A stretch of DNA of 64,000 nucleotides from assembly GCA_017621705.1 (NCBI GenBank), contig JAGASR010000035.1, positions 49,549-113,548 on the forward strand, read 5' to 3'. This document shows positions 47,140-56,497 of this stretch, piece by piece. Source of the stretch: Clostridia bacterium (GTDB lineage: Bacteria; Bacillota; Clostridia; Oscillospirales; UBA644). Positions within the stretch are counted from its first letter, which is position 1; each line of letters begins with the position of its first letter. Both the position numbers and the translations under genes were made by a program. Under the pieces are notes generated by a model, which saw only the letters and a program-made list of their open reading frames with translations, was not told the origin of the DNA and searched no databases.

Positions 47140-47169
47140 ATTATACCACATTTCAAAACCCCTTTTCAA
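47140..47169 (-). promoter_or_regulatory. promoter of the riboswitch-folT unit
   Basis: TTGAAA (47169-47164), 18 nt, TGG-TATAAT (47145-47140). Confidence 0.7.
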
Positions 47170-47200
47170 TACCCCAAATCTAAATAAAATGCAAAATATC

Positions 47201-47229
47201 TTGACATATTGAAGAAAAAGGTGTATTCT
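47201..47229 (+). promoter_or_regulatory. candidate promoter of the symporter gene
   Basis: TTGACA (47201-47206), 17 nt, TATTCT (47224-47229). Confidence 0.5.
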
Positions 47230-47297
47230 TAACAGAGTAACAATGATCTGTACTTTATTTATGTTATTATAAGTTGTCTGCGGAAGGAGGAGACGAA

Positions 47298-48776
47298 ATG
47301 CTGTGGTTTATCGTATTATACGGAATAATTGCGATGGGATTGAGTGCATATTTATATCTGCGTTGCCATTCCAAAGCCGAATATATCCTAGGCGGCAGAA
47401 AAATGAATTCACCCACGGTCGGTTTTACAGCACAGACCGCAATTTCAGGGTACTTTTTTACCGTATGCATCCCGCTGAAAGTTCTTGATCCGTCGGCAGG
47501 CATATGGGGCGCGGTCTTTGCCGCCGCAGGAATGGTATGCGGCATATTTTTAAGCAGATTTGCCGTCAGCCGCCGTCTGAGAATATATTCCGAAATTGCC
47601 GGAAACTCGCTGTCTTTTCCCGAATATGTCGAAAACAGATTCAAGGATAAAACGGGCATACTCCGAGCAGTCTGCGCAGCCGTTATTTTAATATTCGATA
47701 TAATCTTTGCGGCATCGATAATAACCGTTTCCGCAGATATACTCGATGAATTCACTTCGATCGGAAGAGTTTCGGCAATGATCGTATGCGGACTGATAAT
47801 TGCGATCTTTGTTTTTCTCGGAGGCTTTCCTGCGATTGCGGCGACGAGCCACATAAAATCGCTGATAATGCTTCTGTTTTTTGTGTTTATAATCATCTCG
47901 GGAATAAACGCAGACATATTCAATCCGCAGGGAACTACCGAAGACGGATTTTTCGTTCACGCCGCAAGGACCGTCAACGAAACGGGATTTACGAACGGCA
48001 TCGTTGAACATATACTGAGTTTTATTTCGTATGCGATACTGTTTTTCGGACTTCCGATGATAAATACGGTCTATATGTCGGCAAAAGAAAGACGTACGCC
48101 CAAAAGAAGAATTGCTTACGAATTTGCATGGGCGATTCCCTCTGCGGTCGGCGCTGTTCTTTGCGGAATAATCGCAAAAACCGTTGCATCGGGCTCCGTT
48201 GAAACTCCACAGGATTACGTCAAGGCGTTGTCGCAGGGAACCGTTCCGATCATCGGATCGATGATAATGTCACTTATCTTCATAGTTTGCCTTTCGACTG
48301 CTGAAAGCGCTGTCTTCTCGGCAGGAACGGCTTTGTCTTACGATCTTTTTGCGCACAGCCCAAAAAAGCAAACGACGCAGAAAGAAAGTCTTTTTCTCAC
48401 TCGTCTCAGCACCGTGGTCGCGACGGTCGCCGCAGTTCTGTATGCGATATCCGGTCCGATATCGTCGTTTTTCTCGTTTGATTTTATAATTATGCTGATT
48501 TCCGCATCGTTCGGGCCGACCGTTCTTTTCGGTCTTTTCAGCAACAGACTTACGGCGCGCGGTTCCTGCATCTCAACGGGTTTCGGCATTATAAGCGCAT
48601 GCGTTTTCAATTATTTTCTTCCGATATACGGGCTTCACGTCATCATCGGAACGATCCCCTCTTTTCTGATCACAACTGCGGTACTTTTTGCCGTTTCGCT
48701 GATAGATAAAAAGAGTATTTCGAAAAAAATGGAAAACGAGTTCGGCAGGACGAAAGAAATTGCGGTAATGAAATAA
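47298..48776 (+). CDS. sodium:solute symporter (SSS) family transporter
   Basis: The start was moved to ATG 47298, which follows GGAAGGAGG. Has the EYILGGRKM motif and about 13 hydrophobic segments. Confidence 0.8.
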   Translation: MLWFIVLYGIIAMGLSAYLYLRCHSKAEYILGGRKMNSPTVGFTAQTAISGYFFTVCIPLKVLDPSAGIWGAVFAAAGMVCGIFLSRFAVSRRLRIYSEIAGNSLSFPEYVENRFKDKTGILRAVCAAVILIFDIIFAASIITVSADILDEFTSIGRVSAMIVCGLIIAIFVFLGGFPAIAATSHIKSLIMLLFFVFIIISGINADIFNPQGTTEDGFFVHAARTVNETGFTNGIVEHILSFISYAILFFGLPMINTVYMSAKERRTPKRRIAYEFAWAIPSAVGAVLCGIIAKTVASGSVETPQDYVKALSQGTVPIIGSMIMSLIFIVCLSTAESAVFSAGTALSYDLFAHSPKKQTTQKESLFLTRLSTVVATVAAVLYAISGPISSFFSFDFIIMLISASFGPTVLFGLFSNRLTARGSCISTGFGIISACVFNYFLPIYGLHVIIGTIPSFLITTAVLFAVSLIDKKSISKKMENEFGRTKEIAVMK

Positions 48777-48787
48777 AAAATTTGTAA

Positions 48788-48815
48788 AAAAGCAAGGTTA
48801 GCCCTTGCTTTTTTT
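48788..48815 (+). terminator. rho-independent terminator
   Basis: AGCAAGG-ttagc-CCTTGCT followed by TTTTTTT. Confidence 0.8.
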
Positions 48816-48903
48816 ATATTTATGGTGTATAATTATAATGATAAGTTATTTATTATATAAATATACAACTCCAATACACATTATTTTATGAGGTTTAAAA
48901 GAA

Positions 48904-51900
48904 ATGAAAAGATCTGTTATTCGAAGTATTTCGGTAATTCTTGTTTTCAGTATAGTATTTTCGCTTGCGGCGGTATGTTTTGCGCTCCCGGGAGCGGCAT
49001 CTTCCGCACTGAAAAGTTCAAGAGAGCTTCTCGGTGAATACATATCCGAGCTGTATCTCAAAGGTCCGTCCGTATCGATGTCGGTACGCGAAAACATGAT
49101 AGCGAAAGGCCTTGATAAAAACGGACTTCTCGAAAAGAGAGAAGCGTTTGACCTGCGCCTTTGTTCTTCCGACGTAAATGACGGTTATTTCTTCACCGAC
49201 AAAGAAGAATTCCTCGATATATTCGGAAAGACAGACTTCATTCTTCTTGACGGTGTTTACACATGGTACGCAGGTGTTCCCGAAGCGAAAAAAGCAGGCC
49301 TCGGAATAACCCAGAACGATCCGCTTATCCGTTACAATATCTCCAATGCGCTCAACTTTGCGATCGACGTTTACGGTTATGCTTCGGAAGACAGTCTCGA
49401 GCTCTTCTCCGATAAATTCGACGCATCGAGAAAAGAACTCGTTTCCTTCGCGATAGACTGCATATATAAGATCCTGCAGGGGCTCGAAGATCAGATCGGC
49501 AGCGGAACAAATAAACCGATCTGCTACAGAAACGAGTTTACTGACACATTTTTAAGCGCGGACAGCGGAATTTATCCGTATTTTGATGCAAGATTCAAGA
49601 AAAGCACTCCCGTAATGTCCGGCTACTACGATGCCGATGCATACAAAGAAAAAACTCACGATTATTCAACCGTAAAGAACTCTGCGACCACTGGTGCTCT
49701 TCTTTCGTATTTCGAGACTGCATATGCAACCCTGAAAGCGCAGAAAGACGGCGGACTTCTCTACTATGATTTTGCGGAATATTACGATAAGGCTTTCGCC
49801 GCATATCTCGATCTCTGCTCCGCAATATTCAAATCCGAAACCAATACCCCCGACGTTACCGAAAAAGCAAAAGCGTATCTGAAGCTCGTAAGCCTCGGAG
49901 ATATCTTTGCGGAATATATACTCCCCTACTCCGATATATATTCGACGGAACTCAATGCCGTAACGATAAACTATATCACCATCAAAGCGCTTATCCGCTT
50001 TATAGACGGTGACCCTTATCTTCTCAATTCCATTTCTCTTTCTTCGATGCAGGATCTCATCAGCAATTTCACACAGTCCGTTTCCAGACTTGCTCCTGTT
50101 TCGGAATATGCACTCACTTCGCAGATATTCACGGATAACGTCATAACCGTTTCTATGATGAAAGAGTATCTCGAAGATTACCAGGGCATTATCGGCGATG
50201 AAAAAGTCGCACTATATAACAAAGCAAAAGAAGTTATCGACAAACTTTCATCTGTTTCGACATCGGGAGTTACCGTAATTTCTCCCACAAGATATTTTTA
50301 CACCGCAGACGGAACTGCGGTCGAAAGCGAAAAATTCTCGTTTTCCGTCGTCCCCTCGTCCGTGATGTACCTCGGAATGATCGAAGAAGCAAAGATTCTC
50401 TGCGCAAAATTCAGCGAGGAAGTCGAACCGTCCATTCCCAAAGTTCTGACTCAGACTGATAAAGATCTTCTTCAGGTCAAAGATTTTATCGACAGCTATT
50501 CATTCCTTCTCGGCATTCACGCACCCATAGTCTGCGAAGCGACAGGAAATATTTCTTCCGCAAAAATGACCGATTCCGCAAAAGCAATTCTTTCATCGAT
50601 TCTCAAAGATATGTGGTCGGCAAAAAAGATTACGGACGAAGATATTTTCGATATAGAAGAAATGTTCTCCGCAGCAACAGAATTCCACGCATATAAGTCG
50701 GGAAAAGCTGCAGATTTCCTCAATTCGGAAAGAACCGTATCCCTTGCAAACCACAAAGAGTACCTCAACGACAGCAAGATTATCTTCGACACTCTCAAGG
50801 CATCGATTCCGATGATCGAAAAGAATATGTCGAAATACAAACTCGCGCTCGAATATATCATTTCCAATATCGCAGACCTCTGGAAGCTCAAACAGGAGTC
50901 CTCAAGCGGCAACTATTACAGCACATCAAATGCCGTAACATCTGACGGCACGGATCCCGCAAACCGTTACAACTACAAAGCAAATGCGCATGACACAATG
51001 CTCACCGAAATAAACGGGCTCATGTCAGCAATAAAAGGATCAGCAGTCTCCGATACAGAAACGCTTATTTGCTACAACAGGCTTTCCGACGCGGTAAAAG
51101 CTCTTCTCAGCGATTACGGCACAGACTGCTACAACAACTTCATCTACAACCTTCTCGAGCAGACCTCCCTTTATTACAGTTCGGAAGATCTCGGATATAC
51201 AATGTTTAAATCCATGCTCGAAAGCAAAGGTCTTACGCTCGACAGATATATCGTTGTTGATGATAACGGACAGGTTTCCGCATCCGAACTCGTATATAAA
51301 TATTTCGCATTTACGGTCAATGCCGTTTCGAAAGATTCGACAAGGATCAACAATATCTACACTTTTGCGGGCAATAAGATCATGATAAATCTCATAACCC
51401 CGCTTGATGTAATTGTTAAAAACAAAGGCGAATATATCGGCAATTATGCAAGAGACAAGGCAGAACAGGTCAATGCGGATATGAATGAAGCACAGCTTCT
51501 CGTATCATCCGTCAACACCACTATCTCGACCGTAGGTTACGATATCACCGTCGGCGAAGCGGAAGCTCTTCTTGCAAGACTTTCGCAGGTCAATTTCTCT
51601 CTTGCGAATTACTCCCTTTCCTATATTGCATCACACAAAGCAACGACTCTTGATGCGATAATAGACAGAGCAAAGGCAAAAACGATCGATCAGACCGACC
51701 GTACACCGTATTATCTTCTCATATGCGACCGTTTCCAGACAGCATACTCCAATGCTCTTAACGTAAGCTACGATAAGACCGTTCCCCTCACAGAGATAGA
51801 CGAAGCGGCGCAGACCCTTACAAAGATGCTCAACGCGATGGAAGAATACGAAAGATCGGTTACCGGCAATATCATAACAGTAAAAGATCTTGCATCGAAG

Positions 51901-52641
51901 ATCACCGAGGCGGAAGAACTTATCGCAAGATATGATCTTATCGAAGCAAACTCGTATTTCGTTGATCTTAGAAATGCCGTGACAGTCGCAAGAAACGTAT
52001 ATGCGGAAAAACTCGTAACCTTCACAGCGGAAGAGCTCAGACTCGAAGTCAGAACCCTCGATGCTGTCATCGGCAGAGCAAAAGCATCCATTCTCATCGA
52101 TACTTTGATGAAATCGGAAATTGCAAAGATAACCGAAAATGTTAAATCCGCATCGGAATATACACAGGATTCATGGGCGAATTATTCTTCCGTTCTCAGC
52201 AAAGCAAATCTCGCAGCAGCAAGCACGACCGAAAAAGTCTCTGTCTGCAATGCACTCATAGCGGAACTGAGAACTGCAGTATCTCTCTTAAAAGAGGCTG
52301 ACAAAACCGAAAATGAAACCCAGCAGCCCGAAGAAAAGCCCGAAGATACCAATCCCCCCGAAAATACGGAGCCCGAAAAACAGCCGGAAACCGATGAAGC
52401 TGCAGATGCATTCTATGCTCAGGCAAACGATGTTTACGAAAGATCTTTAAAAGAACTTGCGGAATACGTACTGTCAGCTTCGGCAAATAAAGAGAAAATT
52501 GCCGCATGGACTGCTTCTCTCGAAGCTCTCAAGGGAGCGATAGAAGCAAAAGCCGATCAGGGCACTGTCGTTGCAAATATAGTTGCAATCCAGCTTGCGA
52601 AAGATATGCAGATCGAAAACCCCGAAACTCACGATAACTGA
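48904..52641 (+). CDS. large secreted helical protein (1245 aa), unknown function, with FIVAR-like C-terminal modules
   Basis: Signal peptide MKRSVIRSISVILVFSIVFSLAAVCFALPGAASS. The C-terminal third has repeated helical modules with FIVAR-like patterns (e.g. ASEYTQDSWANYSSVLSKA). A P/E-rich linker TENETQQPEEKPEDTNPPENTEPEKQPE is present. Confidence 0.7.
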   Translation: MKRSVIRSISVILVFSIVFSLAAVCFALPGAASSALKSSRELLGEYISELYLKGPSVSMSVRENMIAKGLDKNGLLEKREAFDLRLCSSDVNDGYFFTDKEEFLDIFGKTDFILLDGVYTWYAGVPEAKKAGLGITQNDPLIRYNISNALNFAIDVYGYASEDSLELFSDKFDASRKELVSFAIDCIYKILQGLEDQIGSGTNKPICYRNEFTDTFLSADSGIYPYFDARFKKSTPVMSGYYDADAYKEKTHDYSTVKNSATTGALLSYFETAYATLKAQKDGGLLYYDFAEYYDKAFAAYLDLCSAIFKSETNTPDVTEKAKAYLKLVSLGDIFAEYILPYSDIYSTELNAVTINYITIKALIRFIDGDPYLLNSISLSSMQDLISNFTQSVSRLAPVSEYALTSQIFTDNVITVSMMKEYLEDYQGIIGDEKVALYNKAKEVIDKLSSVSTSGVTVISPTRYFYTADGTAVESEKFSFSVVPSSVMYLGMIEEAKILCAKFSEEVEPSIPKVLTQTDKDLLQVKDFIDSYSFLLGIHAPIVCEATGNISSAKMTDSAKAILSSILKDMWSAKKITDEDIFDIEEMFSAATEFHAYKSGKAADFLNSERTVSLANHKEYLNDSKIIFDTLKASIPMIEKNMSKYKLALEYIISNIADLWKLKQESSSGNYYSTSNAVTSDGTDPANRYNYKANAHDTMLTEINGLMSAIKGSAVSDTETLICYNRLSDAVKALLSDYGTDCYNNFIYNLLEQTSLYYSSEDLGYTMFKSMLESKGLTLDRYIVVDDNGQVSASELVYKYFAFTVNAVSKDSTRINNIYTFAGNKIMINLITPLDVIVKNKGEYIGNYARDKAEQVNADMNEAQLLVSSVNTTISTVGYDITVGEAEALLARLSQVNFSLANYSLSYIASHKATTLDAIIDRAKAKTIDQTDRTPYYLLICDRFQTAYSNALNVSYDKTVPLTEIDEAAQTLTKMLNAMEEYERSVTGNIITVKDLASKITEAEELIARYDLIEANSYFVDLRNAVTVARNVYAEKLVTFTAEELRLEVRTLDAVIGRAKASILIDTLMKSEIAKITENVKSASEYTQDSWANYSSVLSKANLAAASTTEKVSVCNALIAELRTAVSLLKEADKTENETQQPEEKPEDTNPPENTEPEKQPETDEAADAFYAQANDVYERSLKELAEYVLSASANKEKIAAWTASLEALKGAIEAKADQGTVVANIVAIQLAKDMQIENPETHDN

Positions 52642-52661
52642 AAGGTCAAATTCAACTGAAA

Positions 52662-53675
52662 ATGGTAAAATTCATAAAAAAAGCACTTATCCTGGCTTTA
52701 ACACTCGCTGTTGCGGTCTGTCTTGCCACCGCTTCTTTTGCCGAAACGGTAAACGTTGCGTATGAAGCCGCCGCAACCGAAAACTACTATCTGACTGCGG
52801 ATGCGGTTACAGACGGAACTTCTCTCAGCGAATATCTAGCCCTCGTATACTCCGGATTTACGGTGGTTGGCGATTCGTACCTCCAGGGCAAAGACGGAGT
52901 CACGCTCCTTGCGACCGAAATAATAACGAATGCGGCAGAAGGCAGAAATGCCGACTCGAATAAAACCGCTGGACTTGCCTCCATGCAGAAAGAAGACGGT
53001 TCTTTCGGTTCTTTTGACGAGACATGCCTTGCAATGATCGCGCTGAAAACTACGGGAACCGTATTCTCTAGCGAAAAAGCCGTAAACTTTATTCTTTCGA
53101 ACATGAACGAAGACGGTCTTTTTGCCGTTGCAGAAGATCTGAAAACCAACATTGAAGCGACGGCGCTCGCACTCACCGTGCTTACCCCCTATACGGGCGC
53201 CGAAACCGTTTTTGATGCGGTAAAGAAAGCAGCCGAATATCTCCATACGATCCAGAACGAGGACGGTTCTTTTGCGGACGGTTCTTCTGTAACTCTCAGC
53301 AAAGTCATCACGGCGCTTTCGGATATCGGTGAAAGCCCGAACTCAGATATATGGAAAAAACTCGCGGAACTCCTGTTAAAATATAAAAACGAAGACGGTT
53401 CCTACAAAACATACCTTACAGACGAAGCACCTTCCCCCGAAGCGACCGCAGAAGCTCTCTGTGCACTCCACTCCCTCTCTTCGGGTGCATCTCCCCTCAA
53501 AAAGCTTATGAATGACGGTAAACTTTCTTCCTACGAACTTACCGATATTCTTCCCTTTGCGATCCTTTACGCGGTCGTTCTCGTCGGCTCGATAATATTC
53601 TGGATATATATAATGAAGAAAAAACAGAATACAAGAACTCTCGATGAAGCAAAAAAAGCTTACGAGCTTTGTTAA
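52662..53675 (+). CDS. prenyltransferase/squalene-oxidase repeat protein, secreted with a C-terminal membrane anchor
   Basis: Signal peptide. Four repeats of the type QKEDGSFG, MNEDGLFA, IQNEDGSFA and YKNEDGSYK. C-terminal TM segment ILPFAILYAVVLVGSIIFWIYIM. Confidence 0.7.
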   Translation: MVKFIKKALILALTLAVAVCLATASFAETVNVAYEAAATENYYLTADAVTDGTSLSEYLALVYSGFTVVGDSYLQGKDGVTLLATEIITNAAEGRNADSNKTAGLASMQKEDGSFGSFDETCLAMIALKTTGTVFSSEKAVNFILSNMNEDGLFAVAEDLKTNIEATALALTVLTPYTGAETVFDAVKKAAEYLHTIQNEDGSFADGSSVTLSKVITALSDIGESPNSDIWKKLAELLLKYKNEDGSYKTYLTDEAPSPEATAEALCALHSLSSGASPLKKLMNDGKLSSYELTDILPFAILYAVVLVGSIIFWIYIMKKKQNTRTLDEAKKAYELC

Positions 53676-53680
53676 AGTAA

Positions 53681-53708
53681 AAGTTCTCGGAAAAATTTCC
53701 GAGAACTT
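53681..53708. terminator. bidirectional terminator between convergent operons
   Basis: AAGTTCTCGGAAA / TTTCCGAGAACTT stem, with an A-run before it and a T-run after it. Confidence 0.8.
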
Positions 53709-53711
53709 TTT

Positions 53712-53951
53712 TTATATATCTTTCTGTATGTCCGAGATTGCGGCAGTATGCTCATCCAGTCTGTAAAATATAGTTTTCTCATCGCGTTCGAGCAGTGCTA
53801 CTCTCTCAACGACATTATTATGCTTTTCGACCTTCTTTTCGAGCTGTTCGATACGGTAATTGACAAGCTTGTTTGCAACCAGTATACCGCCCGCCGAACC
53901 GCAGAGAGTGCCGAAAAAAGCGATAAGAGCGACTATGATCTCCGTATTCAT
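53712..53951 (-). CDS. small membrane-anchored coiled-coil protein (XhlA/holin-like)
   Basis: 79 aa. N-terminal TM segment IIVALIAFFGTLCGSAGGILVA followed by a coiled coil. It is the last gene of the tail-fibre operon. Confidence 0.5.
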   Translation of the reverse strand: MNTEIIVALIAFFGTLCGSAGGILVANKLVNYRIEQLEKKVEKHNNVVERVALLERDEKTIFYRLDEHTAAISDIQKDI

Positions 53952-53975
53952 GTCGGCTGATTGCTCCCTGTGCGT

Positions 53976-54674
53976 TTATTCCGAAACAATCTCAAAGAAC
54001 TGGCCGACAAGCTGATCGGGAGTAAACTGAAGAACCGTTCCCTCTTCCGAATCCTGCCTGATGCAAAGATAAAGCGTACCGTTATAAACGTAGTATTTAT
54101 CTTTTTCGTAATTCATGCCGCTGACCGCAGGGATCGGGTCATCGAAAATTCCTTCGTGAGTTTCGTCAATGGCAAGCCATACGGAAGGAGCATTCTCGGG
54201 TTCCCAGCCAGACTGCGAGGTATGGCTCTGACCGTCGATTACCTTATAAAGAACGTCCCCTCGCAATACTCTCACACCTGCCGCATACATCCTGTCAGGC
54301 TCCCATTCATCGTAAAGATTTTTTACTTTTACAGCAGTTTTATCATCAAGAACGGGAAGAACCGTTTTGACGGTCTGAACATACTTTCCGTATTCCTCAT
54401 TAACCGCAGAAAGCTCTTTTTCGAGATCTGCGGCGGTCTGTTCCGCAGTGGTGATTTTTCCTACCGTAACGGAAACTTCGCCGAGAGTATTATATCCGTC
54501 ATGCGTATTTCCGTCGATTTCAATACTGCCGAAAGTGAGAGCTTCGATATCTTCTCCGGATACAGCGCCGTCAAAAATAAATTTCAAAGCCGGATAAATT
54601 TTTCCGTTCTTACGGATTTTTTCCGATACCACGGAAGAAACCGTAATATCATGCATTTTTGTTTTTATGATCAA
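53976..54674 (-). CDS. phage tail-associated protein with CBM5/12-like carbohydrate-binding motifs
   Basis: WEPDRMYAAGVRVLRGDVLYKVIDGQSHTSQSGWEPENAPSVW resembles the chitin/carbohydrate-binding W..Y..G..V...G..Y...H.S...W.P pattern. A second, weaker copy lies near the C-terminus. Confidence 0.55.
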   Translation of the reverse strand: MIIKTKMHDITVSSVVSEKIRKNGKIYPALKFIFDGAVSGEDIEALTFGSIEIDGNTHDGYNTLGEVSVTVGKITTAEQTAADLEKELSAVNEEYGKYVQTVKTVLPVLDDKTAVKVKNLYDEWEPDRMYAAGVRVLRGDVLYKVIDGQSHTSQSGWEPENAPSVWLAIDETHEGIFDDPIPAVSGMNYEKDKYYVYNGTLYLCIRQDSEEGTVLQFTPDQLVGQFFEIVSE

Positions 54675-54692
54675 TATTTATTCCTCCTGTTT

Positions 54693-55487
54693 TTACGGCA
54701 TCTCTTTCCACGTGCCGCCGATATTCATGTAAATTTCCGAAATATCTTTCCATACGCCGCCGATATTGACATGAGCGCCCGTCAGTTCCTTATTTATACC
54801 GCCGATAATCACATGCCCCAAAGAACTTTCTTCCGTAATTTGTCCGTTTTCGTCAATTGCTATATTTGACGGTAAAATTAACGTAGGGCGATATCCTACG
54901 GTTTCCGACACAACGGGTGAAAAATAAGCACCTGCAACGGAAACAGCCGAAACATTAGTCGTAGTTTCTAGTCGTGGAGATCTTAATATCCACAAAACGG
55001 CATCCCCTTCAAAATACGCAATGCGCGCGGAATTGTTTGCGTTATAAAAATAAGAAAGGGAAGCGCCTTCAACATTTGCTTTATTATTTGTAAAATTAGT
55101 AAATCCGACTTCCGCATAAGATAATGCAAAGACCTTTGTTGACAATCCATCTGCCCCTGTTTTTAAAGAACCGTTTCCACCGCCTTGTGTGTACGGAATT
55201 TTTACTTGTTTTACAACACTTTGAACAGCCTCATCAAGCAACGGAAAAAAAACATTATTAAGGCGATTGTCCAGTCGGGACTCTTCGTATATATTCCTTC
55301 CGCCATAAGAATGTTCGGAAAATCTGTTTTGCGTATAAATGTCTTTCATCAACAGCCACGTTCCATTACAACTGTCATCATAGTCTGATGACGGCAAGCC
55401 TTGATGAACGACGATAAACTCAGTTAACACACCGTCAACATTAAGGTTTACGGTACTGCCGACCGTCAAATTGCCCAATTTTGCCAT
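54693..55487 (-). CDS. phage tail fibre/receptor-binding-like protein
   Basis: N-terminus LNVDGVLTEFIVVHQGLPSSDYDDSCNGTWLLMKDIY. C-terminal triplicated IGGxxK repeat (VIIGGINKE / VNIGGVWKD / MNIGGTWKE). Confidence 0.55.
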   Translation of the reverse strand: MAKLGNLTVGSTVNLNVDGVLTEFIVVHQGLPSSDYDDSCNGTWLLMKDIYTQNRFSEHSYGGRNIYEESRLDNRLNNVFFPLLDEAVQSVVKQVKIPYTQGGGNGSLKTGADGLSTKVFALSYAEVGFTNFTNNKANVEGASLSYFYNANNSARIAYFEGDAVLWILRSPRLETTTNVSAVSVAGAYFSPVVSETVGYRPTLILPSNIAIDENGQITEESSLGHVIIGGINKELTGAHVNIGGVWKDISEIYMNIGGTWKEMP

Positions 55488-55499
55488 ACTACCACCGCC

Positions 55500-55895
55500 T
55501 TACTGAGTATAAACAAGGCAAATATCCCCGTTTGAACCATCGGGCAAGGTTTCGCCGTCTGCGATTAGGAAGATATTCCGCACTTGTTTTGTCGTGTAAG
55601 AAGTGTTGTTCTGAGCGGTAAGAATACCCGTCATTGTGCCGCCCGATTTATCGAGCTTTCCCGTTACGTCGGGAATATCCGCCGCACCGGCAGCTCCGAT
55701 ATTTTCTCTCGCCTGCGTTTTCTGCTGATCGGTGAGTGTCTGTTCGGAGTAAAGTACGGTTTTTGCGGTCCCCGCAGTCAAAGCAAGATTATCGCTCGTC
55801 TGCTCCGTCGGCATATCCGCTCCGAGCGCGGAAAGGACAGTATATGTGTTCGAAACGTTTTGCGAGATCCTTGCGATCTCTGTCTGTATGCTCAT
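55500..55895 (-). CDS. phage tail fibre-like protein
   Basis: ATG 55895 follows GGAGGG. Contains TDQQKTQARENIGAAG and LDKSGGTMTG, motifs common in tail fibre shafts. Confidence 0.6.
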   Translation of the reverse strand: MSIQTEIARISQNVSNTYTVLSALGADMPTEQTSDNLALTAGTAKTVLYSEQTLTDQQKTQARENIGAAGAADIPDVTGKLDKSGGTMTGILTAQNNTSYTTKQVRNIFLIADGETLPDGSNGDICLVYTQ

Positions 55896-55909
55896 ATTCT
55901 GCCCTCCGA

Positions 55910-56485
55910 TCATATCGCCGCAAGGGCCTGCTCAATATCGTTCGTTAACGATACAGTACCGCCCGAAGTGTAACCTGCGGGAATAGAATAGCTCGTTACA
56001 GTAAGACCGTCGATCGAGGCATTGACGGTGCCGTTATTTATCATCGTACCTGCGGTGACAGCGCCAGATGCGGTAACGAAGATCTTGTTTGCGAGGACGT
56101 CAGCCGCCGCAGCTGTAACGGAAGAAACATCCTGATAAGCGGAAGGTATCGCGTTTACGGTCACATCGGAAAGACCGAAGTAACCGCTGTCGGGAGTTAC
56201 GGACTGCTGTTTTTTTGTCGGAGTTACGGTTTTTGACTGCAAATTATAATTACCGCCGCCGGACAAGCCCGATACCGTACCCGAACCGTTATGGTAGCCG
56301 CGAGGAATGGAATACGTTTCGCCCTCTTTGACGGTAGCTGAAACCGCACCGTTATCTGGAATATCGTCAACGATCGTCGCCAGAGAATCGATCTTTTCGG
56401 AACTTTCCGCAAGACCGAGAGCGACGAGCTTTGCGCGGATCGTATCACGCGCAGTTTTAATTCTTAAAATTTCTGTCGTCGTCAT
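55910..56485 (-). CDS. phage tail protein-like
   Basis: Contains ILRIKTARDTIRAKLVALG...IPRGYHNGSGTV, a pattern recurrent in Firmicute prophage distal-tail proteins (recalled from memory, not searched). Confidence 0.5.
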   Translation of the reverse strand: MTTTEILRIKTARDTIRAKLVALGLAESSEKIDSLATIVDDIPDNGAVSATVKEGETYSIPRGYHNGSGTVSGLSGGGNYNLQSKTVTPTKKQQSVTPDSGYFGLSDVTVNAIPSAYQDVSSVTAAAADVLANKIFVTASGAVTAGTMINNGTVNASIDGLTVTSYSIPAGYTSGGTVSLTNDIEQALAAI

Positions 56486-56497
56486 TTAATTATCCTT

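Noticed and set aside
47267-47923. A 218-aa minus-strand ORF overlapping the start of the symporter gene.
   Set aside because: It is antisense to a convincing SSS transporter. It has no RBS, and its hydrophobic translation simply mirrors the membrane protein codons.
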